A DNA stretch of 64,000 nt from an uncultured Clostridia bacterium (GCA_947166135.1 CAMVDB010000002.1:14189-78188); one strand, 5' to 3'. Numbered from the stretch's first letter, positions 20,874 to 31,352 are shown. The notes: generated by a model not told the origin, from the letters alone. Translations and numbers: made by a program.

Positions 20874-22067
20874 ATGTCATTAAACATTACTGTTTCCGCC
20901 GAGCGGCCTCATATCGCTTTTTTTGGACGCCGCAACGCGGGTAAATCCAGCGTCGTCAACGCTGTTACTAATCAGAAAATCTCCGTTGTGTCTGATACCC
21001 TCGGCACTACGACCGATCCCGTGCAGAAGGCGATGGAGCTCCTGCCGCTGGGTCCTGTGGTTATCATCGACACCCCGGGCTTCGATGATGAAGGCGCTCT
21101 CGGCTCGCTCAGGGTCGAGCGTACCCGTGAGGTGCTTCGAAAGACGGATATCGCGGTCTTAGTTGTTGACGGAACGGTTGGGATGACCGAGGCGGATCAC
21201 GCGCTTTCGGAAGAGCTCAAGAGCCGCCGCCTGCCGTATTTGATCGCGTATAATAAATCCGATCTTTTGCCCGAAACTCCAAAGCCCAAAGAGCATGAGC
21301 TGTATGTCAGTGCCTTGACAGGTCAGGGGATAGGAGAGTTGAAGGAGCGTTTAGCAACGCTGGTCAAGAGCGATTCAAAGCCTAAGCTTATTGTTGCCGA
21401 TCTCCTTTCCGAGGGCGATACCGTCGTTCTGGTCATCCCGATCGACGAATCCGCTCCAAAGGGACGTATTATCCTGCCCCAACAGCAGGTATTGCGCGAG
21501 CTGCTCGACCATCACTGCACGGTATTGTGCTGTCAGGATACGGAGCTCAAAGACACGTTTATCAAGCTCGCCGGGAAGCCCGCTCTGGTGATCACCGATT
21601 CCCAGGCGTTCAAGCGGGTCGCCGCCGATACCCCCGATGACATCCCGATGACTTCGTTCTCGATCCTTTTCGCGCGCTATAAAGGTAATCTGGACGGCTT
21701 GATCAAAGGCGCCAATGCCCTGAAATCTCTGAAAGACGGCGATAAGGTACTGATCTCCGAAGGCTGTACCCATCACCGCCAGTGCGGCGATATCGGAACC
21801 GTGAAGCTTCCCGCGTGGCTGAAAGCGTATACCGACGCGGATATCTCATACGATTTCACCTCCGGTACAGGCTTTCCCGATGACCTTTCCCCTTATAAGG
21901 TTATTATCCACTGCGGGGGATGTATGCTCAACGAGAAGGAGATGCAGTACCGCCAGAGTGCCGCTAAAGCTGCGGGTATCCCGATGGTCAACTACGGTAT
22001 CGCGATCGCCGAGATGAACGGTATCTTTGACCGTGCGCTGAAACCACTGACACACTCTCGTTCCTGA
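20874..22067 (+). CDS. hydF: [FeFe]-hydrogenase H-cluster maturation GTPase HydF
   Basis: FGRRNAGKSS, GTTTDPV, IIDTPG, NKSD, EGCTHHRQCGDIG and IIHCGGC motifs. Confidence 0.93.
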   Translation: MSLNITVSAERPHIAFFGRRNAGKSSVVNAVTNQKISVVSDTLGTTTDPVQKAMELLPLGPVVIIDTPGFDDEGALGSLRVERTREVLRKTDIAVLVVDGTVGMTEADHALSEELKSRRLPYLIAYNKSDLLPETPKPKEHELYVSALTGQGIGELKERLATLVKSDSKPKLIVADLLSEGDTVVLVIPIDESAPKGRIILPQQQVLRELLDHHCTVLCCQDTELKDTFIKLAGKPALVITDSQAFKRVAADTPDDIPMTSFSILFARYKGNLDGLIKGANALKSLKDGDKVLISEGCTHHRQCGDIGTVKLPAWLKAYTDADISYDFTSGTGFPDDLSPYKVIIHCGGCMLNEKEMQYRQSAAKAAGIPMVNYGIAIAEMNGIFDRALKPLTHSRS

Positions 22068-22117
22068 GACGGCTGTCGCGCAGGAACCGGAGTTTGCAAC
22101 TCTCAGCCCGATCGGGC

Positions 22118-22144
22118 GCCTCCCTTAGAAACGGGAGGCTTTCT
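22118..22144 (+). terminator. Intrinsic terminator after hydF
   Basis: GCCTCCC..GGGAGGC followed by TTTCT. Confidence 0.6.
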
Positions 22145-22178
22145 ACTGTTTTGTAACGGCAGATTACAAAATCTTTAC

Positions 22179-22240
22179 TTGCTAATACTATATCTATGTA
22201 TTATAATTGCTTTGTAGAAATATAATACATGATATGGGGT
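22179..22240 (+). promoter_or_regulatory. nrdR promoter with candidate degenerate NrdR boxes
   Basis: TTGCTA-17-TATAAT; ATACTATATCTATGTA in the spacer and ATACATGATATGGGGT at 22225-22240. Confidence 0.5.
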
Positions 22241-22246
22241 GTAAAG

Positions 22247-22702
22247 ATGAAGTGTCCCTATTGCGGATATGAAGAAAGCAAGGTTATCGATTCCCGTCCC
22301 GCGGATGAGGGCGAGCGTATTCGCCGCCGCCGCGAGTGCCTTAAGTGCGGCAAGCGTTTTACTACCCACGAGGTGATCGAGACCGTTCCGATCGTTGTCG
22401 TCAAGCGTGATAAGAGCCGTGAGGTCTTTGACCGCGCTAAGCTGACCGCCGGTATTCTCCACGCGTGTGAGAAGCGTCCTGTTTCGATCCAGCAGATCGA
22501 GAAGATGGTCGATTCAATCGAGGCACTGCTCCAGAGCTCTCTCGACCGCGAGGTGACCTCTCTGCATATCGGCGAGCTGACTATGGATCAGCTCAAGAAC
22601 GTCGACGAGGTCGCGTATGTCCGCTTCGCTTCCGTTTATCGCCAGTTTAAGGACATCAACACCTTTATGGAGGAGCTCAACAAGCTTCTGAGTGAAAAAT
22701 GA
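22247..22702 (+). CDS. nrdR: Transcriptional repressor NrdR
   Basis: [34 protein letters not shown] cone, [15 protein letters not shown]. Confidence 0.96.
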   Translation: MKCPYCGYEESKVIDSRPADEGERIRRRRECLKCGKRFTTHEVIETVPIVVVKRDKSREVFDRAKLTAGILHACEKRPVSIQQIEKMVDSIEALLQSSLDREVTSLHIGELTMDQLKNVDEVAYVRFASVYRQFKDINTFMEELNKLLSEK

Positions 22703-22757
22703 TTGACAGCACGGGATGCGGCTGACTCCCGCGCCGTTCATAGTGCTTACTGTTTCA

Positions 22758-22785
22758 GAAAGTCCCGATTCGTCGGGACTTTTTC
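22758..22785 (+). terminator. Intrinsic terminator after nrdR
   Basis: AAAGTCCCGA-TTCG-TCGGGACTTTTT. Confidence 0.8.
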
Positions 22786-22808
22786 GTTCTTCGGACTATT
22801 ACAGCTAC

Positions 22809-22837
22809 TTGACGTTGGACGGATTCGCCGCTATAAT
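22809..22837 (+). promoter_or_regulatory. SigA-type promoter upstream of the MITE-like element and yabO
   Basis: TTGACG-17-TATAAT. Confidence 0.7.
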
Positions 22838-22845
22838 AACGTTAA

Positions 22846-23001
22846 TACTAAGTATCATTAAACGCTTTAACAAATTTGTTAGCGAGAAATTTCGCAGAGC
22901 AAGGCGGAGGACGCAGGCATACTGGCGTATGTCAAGGACGACAACACCGCTATGCGGAATTTATCGCAATAAATGTTAAAGTGTTTTAATGATACTTAGT
23001 A
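22846..23001. mobile_element. 156-bp MITE-like element with ~27-bp terminal inverted repeats, TA at both ends
   Basis: Left TACTAAGTATCATTAAACGCTTTAACA versus right TGTTAAAGTGTTTTAATGATACTTAGTA (reverse complement TACTAAGTATCATTAAAACACTTTAACA). No coding capacity. Confidence 0.65.
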
Positions 23002-23023
23002 TAATACCGTTTGGAGGGATACT

Positions 23024-23263
23024 ATGCGTTTGGATAAATACTTGAAGGTGTCGCGTATCATCAAGCGCCGTACCGTTGCTAATGAGGTTTGCGACGCGGG
23101 CAAGGCGACCGTCAACGGTAAGGTCGCCCGCGCGTCTTATGATGTGAAGGTAGGCGATGTTGTGGAGCTGAATTTTGAGTCGCGCTCCGTTAAATTCCGC
23201 ATCGAGAAGGTTGCCGAGACCGTCCGTAAGGAAGACGCAGGCACGATGTATACGCCGCTTTGA
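23024..23263 (+). CDS. yabO: S4-domain RNA-binding protein YabO/RqcP
   Basis: MRLDKYLKVSRIIKRRTVANEVCDAGK..VKVGD. Confidence 0.9.
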   Translation: MRLDKYLKVSRIIKRRTVANEVCDAGKATVNGKVARASYDVKVGDVVELNFESRSVKFRIEKVAETVRKEDAGTMYTPL

Positions 23264-23271
23264 TCGAGCTA

Positions 23272-23300
23272 TCATAAATCTATTAATCCTCCCATATAAT
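23272..23300 (+). promoter_or_regulatory. SigE-type sporulation promoter upstream of yabP
   Basis: TCATAAA-14-CATATAAT. yabPQ is SigE-dependent in Bacillus subtilis. Confidence 0.55.
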
Positions 23301-23328
23301 CTACTGATAAGATTATGGGGGGATTTTT

Positions 23329-23598
23329 ATGTCCGATAATATCGTCAAGAAGCCGCATATTCTAACGCTCGATAACCGCAGTCTGCTCACCCTGACCGGG
23401 GTTGAGGATGTACCGGGCTTTGATGAGCAGACCATCAGCGTTAAGCTGTCCGACTGTTCTCTGGTCGTCAAGGGAAGTAATCTGCATATCAGCAAGCTGA
23501 GTCTTGACAGCGGCGACGTCGTAATCGATGGCAGGATCACTTCGCTGCAGTACCTCGGCGCGTCCTCCGGTTCACTGCGTTCGCGATTGTTCCGCTGA
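23329..23598 (+). CDS. yabP: Sporulation protein YabP/YqfC family
   Basis: HILTLDNRSLLTLTGVEDVPGFDEQ..VKGSNLHISKLSLDSG..GRITSLQY; synteny. Confidence 0.88.
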   Translation: MSDNIVKKPHILTLDNRSLLTLTGVEDVPGFDEQTISVKLSDCSLVVKGSNLHISKLSLDSGDVVIDGRITSLQYLGASSGSLRSRLFR

Positions 23599-24146
23599 TG
23601 GGATTATCACTCTCGGCTCAGGGAGCCTATTTCCTGTGGTCATTAGCGCTGGGACTTGCGATGGGCGCGGCTTACGATATTCTTCGTGCCGTGCGGATGT
23701 TGTTTAAACTGAAGCATACGGCAGTGACCGTGACGGATATCCTGTTCTTTACACTGTGCGGTTTTGCGACGTCTATATTGGCGCTTCCGTTCAATAAAGG
23801 GGAGGTCCGCGTCTTTGTGATCGCGGGCGAAGCGGCGGCGTTTTTGCTTTACCGATTGACCGTCGGCAGCATAATGGGCAAGATTTATGCTCCTTTGACT
23901 GCATTTTTGCGTAAATTTATACAAAAGATTCACAAAATAATTGAAAAAACTTACGATTTGCTATTGAAAATGACGCATGGTTTAGTGTATAATGTAGTTG
24001 TAGTAATAGATAGGTTGTATCATAGTACAATTCGTCATCTTAAAAGTCACCGCTCGGCAATGGTAAAAGCCCAAGCCGATCGAAAGGATAGAATACATGA
24101 GCAGAAGAAGTTCAAAAAATGCAGAAACAAAGGCGGCGGCGCCTGA
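23598..24146 (+). CDS. yabQ: Spore cortex biosynthesis protein YabQ
   Basis: GLAMGAAYDILRAVR, DILFF and GEVRVFVIAG motifs; located between yabP and divIC. Confidence 0.8.
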   Translation: MGLSLSAQGAYFLWSLALGLAMGAAYDILRAVRMLFKLKHTAVTVTDILFFTLCGFATSILALPFNKGEVRVFVIAGEAAAFLLYRLTVGSIMGKIYAPLTAFLRKFIQKIHKIIEKTYDLLLKMTHGLVYNVVVVIDRLYHSTIRHLKSHRSAMVKAQADRKDRIHEQKKFKKCRNKGGGA

Positions 24147-24459
24147 GAAAGAGCGCGAAGAGGGCAGGAGCTTTATTTCCCGACCCGTGTTCGTGCTGCT
24201 CTCTTTGGCTGCGGTCGCTTTCCTGGTTTATTCGATGGTTTCCATCATCGGTATCCAGGCGCAGATCCGTGAGCGCCGTGCCGAACTCGACGAGCTCGAG
24301 AAGCAGATCACCGTGCAGGAGATCAAGAACGATGAGATGCAGAAGCTCTACGATTCAACCGGTTCTGATTTTTCGGCGCTGGTGGAGCAGATCGCTCGTG
24401 ATGACCTCGACTATGTCCGTGAGGGCGAGAGGGTTTTTGTCAACGTTACAGGCGAGTAA
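24097..24459 (+). CDS. divIC: Septum formation initiator DivIC/FtsB family
   Basis: Basic N-terminus, one TM helix, coiled coil, VEQIARDDLDYVREGERVF. Confidence 0.85.
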   Translation: MSRRSSKNAETKAAAPEKEREEGRSFISRPVFVLLSLAAVAFLVYSMVSIIGIQAQIRERRAELDELEKQITVQEIKNDEMQKLYDSTGSDFSALVEQIARDDLDYVREGERVFVNVTGE

Positions 24460-24513
24460 ACGCGTTATCCCGCATAAGCGGTTTGATAGACTAAATAAGG
24501 GGTTTTAATCTGA

Positions 24514-25005
24514 ATGGCTTTAAGTGTAGGTGCAATTGTTAACGGAAAGATCACAGGCATTACCGGATTCGGCGCTTTTGTCGAGACGGAGGACGGCTCT
24601 CGCGGTATGATCCATATCTCCGAGATATCCCATTCCTACGTCGAGAATATCAAGAGCGTTTTGAAGATCGGACAGGCTGTCACCGTGAAGGTGTTGTCGG
24701 TGTCCGACGACGGTAAGGTAGCGCTGTCCTTAAAGCAACTTGAGAAGCCCGGCGACGGCGCTAAAAAGCCCGCCGCTGCCCGCAAGCCCAAACAGTTTGA
24801 ACAGAGAAAGCCCAAGAAGAAATACGAGCCCGCTCCTCCGGTCACCTCGCCCGGTGACTTTGAGTGGCAGAGCTCTTCGTCGGGCGGTTCCTTCGAGGAT
24901 ATGATGAGTAAATTCAAGCGTACCTCCGAGGACAAGATGTCCGACCTCAAGCGTGGCGAGAGCCGCGGCTATTCCCGTCGTGGAAATGGCGGCGGTCGTA
25001 AATAA
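24514..25005 (+). CDS. yabR: S1 RNA-binding domain protein (YabR-like)
   Basis: GKITGITGFGAFV..GMIHISEISHSYV and SFEDMMSKFKRTSEDKMSDLK motifs. Confidence 0.82.
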   Translation: MALSVGAIVNGKITGITGFGAFVETEDGSRGMIHISEISHSYVENIKSVLKIGQAVTVKVLSVSDDGKVALSLKQLEKPGDGAKKPAAARKPKQFEQRKPKKKYEPAPPVTSPGDFEWQSSSSGGSFEDMMSKFKRTSEDKMSDLKRGESRGYSRRGNGGGRK

Positions 25006-25027
25006 ATTATTGCTGGGAGGCATTATT

Positions 25028-25561
25028 ATGAAGATTACCTATACCGAACGCAAGGTTAATCTGAGGGACAACTTCAAAGACAGAGTCGAGAAAAAGCTCA
25101 AAAAGTTCGACAAGATCTTTTCCGATGACGCTGAGGCATTTGTCGTTGTTACCGTCGATAAAAACTCTCAGACTGTTGAGATCACCATCCGTGACAAGTC
25201 GATGGTTTACAGAGCTGAGAAGACGATGCCTGAGATGAACGACGCTGTCGATAAGTGCGTAGACGTACTGGGTCGTCAGCTGCGTAAGAATAAGTCGAGG
25301 CTGGAGAAACGCCTCAGACAAGGCTCGCTTGATGAGCTTGTCGCTCCCGTGGACGAGCCTGTGGTCGAGGAGGACTACTCTGTAGTACGCACCAAGGAGA
25401 TTCCCGTCAAGCCGATCTCGGTTGACGAGGCGATCCTCCAGATGAACATGGTCGGACATAAGTTCTTCATGTTCACCAACGCTGAGACCAACGAGGTCAA
25501 CGTGGTTTATCTGCGTGACGACGGAAAGTACGGTCTGCTCGTGCCGACTGTCGGCGAGTGA
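25028..25561 (+). CDS. hpf: Ribosome hibernation promoting factor (long HPF/RaiA)
   Basis: N-terminal S30EA domain plus C-terminal KPISVDEAILQMNMVGHKFFMFTN..VNVVYLRDDGKYGLL. Confidence 0.92.
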   Translation: MKITYTERKVNLRDNFKDRVEKKLKKFDKIFSDDAEAFVVVTVDKNSQTVEITIRDKSMVYRAEKTMPEMNDAVDKCVDVLGRQLRKNKSRLEKRLRQGSLDELVAPVDEPVVEEDYSVVRTKEIPVKPISVDEAILQMNMVGHKFFMFTNAETNEVNVVYLRDDGKYGLLVPTVGE

Positions 25562-25597
25562 TTATCCCGGTTATACGATTGACGAATGAATAAACCT

Positions 25598-25626
25598 AAG
25601 CGGACAGCGCTCCTGCTGTCCGCTTT
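25598..25626 (+). terminator. Intrinsic terminator after hpf
   Basis: AAGCGGACAGC..GCTGTCCGCTTT. Confidence 0.7.
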
Positions 25627-25644
25627 CTGTATGGAGTTGATGTT

Positions 25645-26754
25645 ATGTGGTTTGTAGCTCCCTGTCTGCTGGGACTAGAGGGATTAGCGGCAAATGATCT
25701 GAAATTCAAGGGGATCGAAGGCGTCCGCGCCGAAAACGGCAGAGTGCTGTTCAGCGGTGATTACGCGACGATGATCCGCGCCAATCTCTGCTCGAGCTTA
25801 TGTGCGCGAATCTTTATCCTGATGGCGGAATTTGAGGCACGGGATTTCGATGCACTGTTCGAGGGCGCGAGATCGGCAGATTGGAACGCCTTCATCGGCG
25901 AGCGCGACGCTTTTCCTGTTAAAGGCAGTAGCCTTGATTCAACCTTGAACTCGATCCCTGCGTGCCAGAAGATCATTAAGAAGGCGGTTGTCGAAAAGCT
26001 TCGCGAGTCCTATCATACCGGCTGGTTCGAAGAGGACGGCGGCGTGCATCAGATCCAGTTCCGCATCTTCAAGAACCGCGTCAGCATCTATCTCGATACC
26101 ACCGGCGAAGCGCTGAACAAGCGCGGTTACCGCTCCCTGTCGGGCGGCGCTCCGATCAAGGAGACCCTCGCTGCGGCGATGGCGGATCTCGCCCGTGTAC
26201 GGGCGGATCATACCGTTGTCGATCCCTTCTGCGGCAGCGGCACCATTCTGATCGAAGCGGCTCGCAAGGCGATGAACATCATGCCCGGTATCGATCGCTC
26301 CTTTGCCTTTGAGGAGTGGAGTCAGGTCGATTCTGCTGTCATCCAAGCGGAACGCGACAGAGCGAGATCAGGGGAGAAGCGCGACGCGTCCTTCATCGCC
26401 TACGGTTACGATATCGACGACGAGGTGCTTGCGCTTGCGCAGCGTAATGCCGAGCTTGCCGGAGTCGGCGACAGGATCATTTTTGAGAAGCGCGATATCC
26501 GCGATTACAGCAACGATCATGAGCGCGTCAGCGTGATCACCAACCCGCCCTACGGCGAGCGGATGCTCGATGTCCGTGAGGCGCGTGAGCTGTACCGCGT
26601 GATGGGGGAGAAGTTCCCGAGACTGCTTTTCCATTCTTATACGATCATTTCTCCCGATGATAGCTTCGAGCAGCTTTTCGGCAGACCTGCCGATAAGCGC
26701 CGCAAGCTTTACAACGGTACGTTGAAATGTCAGGTGTATCAATATTTCAAATAA
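25645..26754 (+). CDS. THUMP-domain class I SAM-dependent RNA methyltransferase (RlmL/YpsC-like)
   Basis: LDTTGEALNKRGYR, APIKETLAAA, DPFCGSGTILIEAA and ITNPPYGER motifs. Confidence 0.88.
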   Translation: MWFVAPCLLGLEGLAANDLKFKGIEGVRAENGRVLFSGDYATMIRANLCSSLCARIFILMAEFEARDFDALFEGARSADWNAFIGERDAFPVKGSSLDSTLNSIPACQKIIKKAVVEKLRESYHTGWFEEDGGVHQIQFRIFKNRVSIYLDTTGEALNKRGYRSLSGGAPIKETLAAAMADLARVRADHTVVDPFCGSGTILIEAARKAMNIMPGIDRSFAFEEWSQVDSAVIQAERDRARSGEKRDASFIAYGYDIDDEVLALAQRNAELAGVGDRIIFEKRDIRDYSNDHERVSVITNPPYGERMLDVREARELYRVMGEKFPRLLFHSYTIISPDDSFEQLFGRPADKRRKLYNGTLKCQVYQYFK

Positions 26755-26943
26755 CCTGTGATAGCTCTCGAGCGGATTGTTCGGGGGCTGTTTTTTCTTG
26801 CAAAACGGCTGAAATTTGACATTTGTACAAAAATAGACTATTATATAAAGAGATGATTTTTCAATCCTTTGCTGTGTTGATTGCTGCAGCGGAGGAAATA
26901 ACCTGAATTCATTGCGGTTTCTTTACCGCTGAAGGAGGATTAC

Positions 26944-28062
26944 ATGAAGAAAACGATCATTGTCATCATCAGCGTTATCCTGATCCTCGCCGTGATCGGC
27001 GGCGCCGGATATGCGGTGTACCGCTTCTTTTATCCGGCAGGTATCGGAAATGCCGAGACTGTCGCGCCGCTCGAGACTTTGTTTCCCGCTTCTTCTGATG
27101 AGTCGGCGACCCAGCCCGAGAAGCTCTATAAGGTCGGCATCGTCCAGAACGGACTCGGCGACGCCAGTAAGGCGTGTTATGAGGGCTTTATCTCCGAACT
27201 AAACGAGCGCGGCGTGCTCGGTAATCTGGATATCGTATATATCGTTGAGGACGATAGGGAACAGTGCGCGGCGAAGATCAAGCAGCTTACTAACGACTGT
27301 GACCTTCTCTATACCATCGGCCGTTACGCAAGTGTAACGGCGAAGGATACCACCAAGGATATTCCCGTCGTCTTCGGCGCGGTCAACAGCCCTGATGAGA
27401 TTGGGTTGGTCGCGACCAATGAAGCTCCCGGCGGTAATGTGACCGGCGTGTCCAGCTTCCCGCCGTGCTTTGAGCAGATCGACCTGATCAAGCTGCTTTT
27501 ACCCGAGGCTAAGAGCGTTGCGGTACTTTACAGCGGAACAGATACCGACGCCGTATCTCAGGGCATCATCGCCTCTAAGGAGGCGGAAAACATCGGGCTT
27601 TCCTGCGAAAAGTACATTGTCGACAGCGAGAAAACGCTCCAGTCCACGCTTGATAAGATCAAGACGGCTAAGACCAATGCTATTTATATCCCCGTCGATA
27701 AATTCCTGAATAAGCATCTGGATACGATCACCAAGTTCTCGATAGATAACAAGATCCCCGTTATCTGCGGCGATGAAGCGACCCTCGCCAAGGGAGCTTT
27801 CGCTACCAGCGTTGTCAATCACAGCTCTATCGGCAGAAAGGCGGCGGGTATGGCGGTCGATATCCTCTTCAATAAGAAGGATCCCGCGACCCTGAGCGTA
27901 ATCTATAAGCACGACTGCGATAACCTGATCAATCAGGAGGTCGCCGATAAGCTCGGCGTCAAGATCCCCGCTACCGCCCAGTCGAAGGTGCAGGTCTATG
28001 AGAAGCCGACGGAGGCGCAGATCCCGACCGAAACCGCTGCAGTCGAAACCTTAAAGCAATAA
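26944..28062 (+). CDS. ABC transporter substrate-binding protein (ABC_sub_bind family), membrane-anchored
   Basis: N-terminal TM helix; TKDIPVVFGAVNSPDEIGLV..PGGNVTGVS and IGRKAAGMAVDIL motifs. Confidence 0.8.
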   Translation: MKKTIIVIISVILILAVIGGAGYAVYRFFYPAGIGNAETVAPLETLFPASSDESATQPEKLYKVGIVQNGLGDASKACYEGFISELNERGVLGNLDIVYIVEDDREQCAAKIKQLTNDCDLLYTIGRYASVTAKDTTKDIPVVFGAVNSPDEIGLVATNEAPGGNVTGVSSFPPCFEQIDLIKLLLPEAKSVAVLYSGTDTDAVSQGIIASKEAENIGLSCEKYIVDSEKTLQSTLDKIKTAKTNAIYIPVDKFLNKHLDTITKFSIDNKIPVICGDEATLAKGAFATSVVNHSSIGRKAAGMAVDILFNKKDPATLSVIYKHDCDNLINQEVADKLGVKIPATAQSKVQVYEKPTEAQIPTETAAVETLKQ

Positions 28063-28072
28063 TCGATCATTG

Positions 28073-28103
28073 AGCACCGCTTGCATCAGCAGGCGGTGCT
28101 TTT
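28073..28103 (+). terminator. Intrinsic terminator
   Basis: AGCACCGC..GCGGTGCTTTT. Confidence 0.7.
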
Positions 28104-28188
28104 GCGTGATTTCAGAAACTATTTATTAACTTTTTATGAAATCGCAAAAACCCCCTTGATTTTTCCAATAATATGGTATAAAATATGT

Positions 28189-28215
28189 TTAGCACTCAAA
28201 GATAGAGAGTGCTAA
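28189..28215 (+). promoter_or_regulatory. CIRCE element (HrcA operator)
   Basis: Exact TTAGCACTC-N9-GAGTGCTAA upstream of groES. Confidence 0.97.
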
Positions 28216-28247
28216 ATCACAGCTTAACATTATAAGGAGGAATAGAT

Positions 28248-28532
28248 ATGACAATCAAACCCTTACTCGATAAGGTCGTCTTAAAACTCGACGACGCGGA
28301 GGAGACTACCGCTTCCGGTATTGTTTTATCCACTGCCGCTCAGGAGAAGCCCCAGTATGCGAACGTCGTCGCGGTAGGCCCCGGCGGAATCGTAGACGGC
28401 AACGAGGTCGTCATGAACGTTAAGGTCGGCGACAAGGTTATCGCGTCTAAGTATGCCGGTACCGACGTCAAGGTCGACGGCGAAGAGTACACTATTGTAC
28501 GTCAGAGTGATATTCTGGCAATCGTAGAATAA
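28248..28532 (+). CDS. groES: Co-chaperonin GroES
   Basis: IKPLLDKVV..TASGIVL..VAVGPG..VKVGDKV..IVRQSDILAIVE. Confidence 0.97.
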   Translation: MTIKPLLDKVVLKLDDAEETTASGIVLSTAAQEKPQYANVVAVGPGGIVDGNEVVMNVKVGDKVIASKYAGTDVKVDGEEYTIVRQSDILAIVE

Positions 28533-28547
28533 TTCGGGAGGTTATGA

Positions 28548-30176
<1,629 letters not shown>

Positions 30177-30197
30177 TCATTTAATATTCCTTTATAG

Positions 30198-30230
30198 AAA
30201 AAAGCCTGTTCTTCGGAACGGGCTTTTTTT
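30198..30230 (+). terminator. Intrinsic terminator after groEL
   Basis: AAAAAAGCCTGTTC-TTCG-GAACGGGCTTTTTTT. Confidence 0.85.
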
Positions 30231-30241
30231 GATGTGTGTTT

Positions 30242-30271
30242 GTATATTCTTTTCTTTTACGCCCATACTAT
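30242..30271 (+). promoter_or_regulatory. Possible SigE/SigK-type sporulation promoter
   Basis: GTATATT-15-CATACTAT upstream of two coat-like genes. Confidence 0.4.
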
Positions 30272-30299
30272 CATTACCAAATATTCAGGAGGTAATGTT

Positions 30300-30473
30300 A
30301 TGACCGACAAAGAGTTGCTCTATATCGAGGACGCCCTCGGACATGAGCAGTATTTTCAGCAAAAGTGCGCCGAGACCGCACAGAGCCTGAGTGATCCCGC
30401 TCTGAGATCCTGCGTAGAGAAGTACGCCGCACGCCATAAAGAGATCTTCAGCCGTTTCTACGGACTGCTGTAA
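30300..30473 (+). CDS. Small spore-coat-associated protein (57 aa)
   Basis: MTDKELLYIEDALGHEQ..KC..H..L pattern typical of genes preceding Coat F-like genes; CAGGAGG RBS. Confidence 0.65.
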   Translation: MTDKELLYIEDALGHEQYFQQKCAETAQSLSDPALRSCVEKYAARHKEIFSRFYGLL

Positions 30474-30479
30474 GGAGGC

Positions 30480-30734
30480 ATGAACATGGATGACAGAAAT
30501 CTGATGCAGAATCTTCTGCTTCTCGAGAAGGGCTGCTGCGACCTGTATATGCACGGCGCGGTCGAGTCCGCTAACAGCAACGTACAGGGCGCGTTTAACG
30601 CCGCTTATGACGATTCGCTGAGTATGCAGAGCGAGATCTTCGCGAAGATGACCGACAAGGGCTGGTATAACGTCGCTCAGGTCGAACAGCAGAAGGTCGA
30701 TCAGCTCAAGCAGCAATTCGCAACCGCACAGTAA
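30480..30734 (+). CDS. Spore coat protein, Coat F domain
   Basis: MDDRNLMQNLLLLEKGCCDLY..ESAN..EIFAKMTDKGWY..Q pattern; AAGGAGG RBS. Confidence 0.75.
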   Translation: MNMDDRNLMQNLLLLEKGCCDLYMHGAVESANSNVQGAFNAAYDDSLSMQSEIFAKMTDKGWYNVAQVEQQKVDQLKQQFATAQ

Positions 30735-30794
30735 AGCAGTTAGGCTATTGCAAACGCAACAGTTCTATCTGGTTTAGTAAAGACACATGAAGAG

Positions 30795-30821
30795 AAGGCG
30801 CCGGAGTGATCCGACGCCTTT
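30795..30821. terminator. Bidirectional terminator between the coat genes and nrdG2
   Basis: AAGGCGCCGGA..TCCGACGCCTT hairpin. Confidence 0.55.
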
Positions 30822-30830
30822 GGCTTTTAT

Positions 30831-31352
30831 TTAATTGATATCGGATAAGACTGCCTTACCTTCTGCGAGCGATTCTTTCACATTCAGGATGCGCTGGTTT
30901 CGGCTGCCGCGGAAATGGAGCATCAGGCTCATTTCTTCCTCGATGAACGGCCCGTCCACCAACCAGTCGCATTGCTCCAGCAACGCTTTGTACTCGGGGT
31001 GAGTGTCAAACATGCTGTAGAGCTTTTCAAAGGTATAGCCGGTAAAGCAGAATACGTTCAAGCCCATCTCATGAGCGCCTTTGGCGAGTACCGTGAGCGA
31101 TTCAGCCTGAGTGAACGGCTCTCCGCCGGAGAGCGTGATGCCGTACAGCAGCTTATCCTTTGCCGCTTCTTCTAAAATGCGCTCGACAGAACTCATATAG
31201 CCGCCGTCAAAATCCCATGTGTGCTCGTTGTGACAACCCTTGCAGTGATGCGGACAGCCCTGCACAAATACCGTCATACGGATTCCGGGTCCGTCTACGA
31301 TGCTTTCGCGCACCACGCCCGCGAGTCTGAGCGGTGTTTTTTGATGATCCAT
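30831..31352 (-). CDS. nrdG: Anaerobic RNR activating radical SAM protein, copy 2
   Basis: RLAGVVRESIVDGPGIRMTVFVQGCPHHCKGCHN, LSGGEPF and FRGSRNQR motifs. Confidence 0.93.
   Translation of the reverse strand: MDHQKTPLRLAGVVRESIVDGPGIRMTVFVQGCPHHCKGCHNEHTWDFDGGYMSSVERILEEAAKDKLLYGITLSGGEPFTQAESLTVLAKGAHEMGLNVFCFTGYTFEKLYSMFDTHPEYKALLEQCDWLVDGPFIEEEMSLMLHFRGSRNQRILNVKESLAEGKAVLSDIN

Noticed and set aside
22707-22747. Hairpin between the nrdR stop and its terminator
   Set aside because: It has no promoter of its own and no recognisable motif, so it is most likely 3' UTR structure.
22716-22979. 87-aa ORF between nrdR and yabO
   Set aside because: It spans a terminator, a promoter and the MITE-like element; no RBS or coding bias.
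24953-25027. raiA-motif RNA upstream of hpf/raiA
   Set aside because: Only 22 bp separate the S1 gene from hpf, leaving no room for that RNA.
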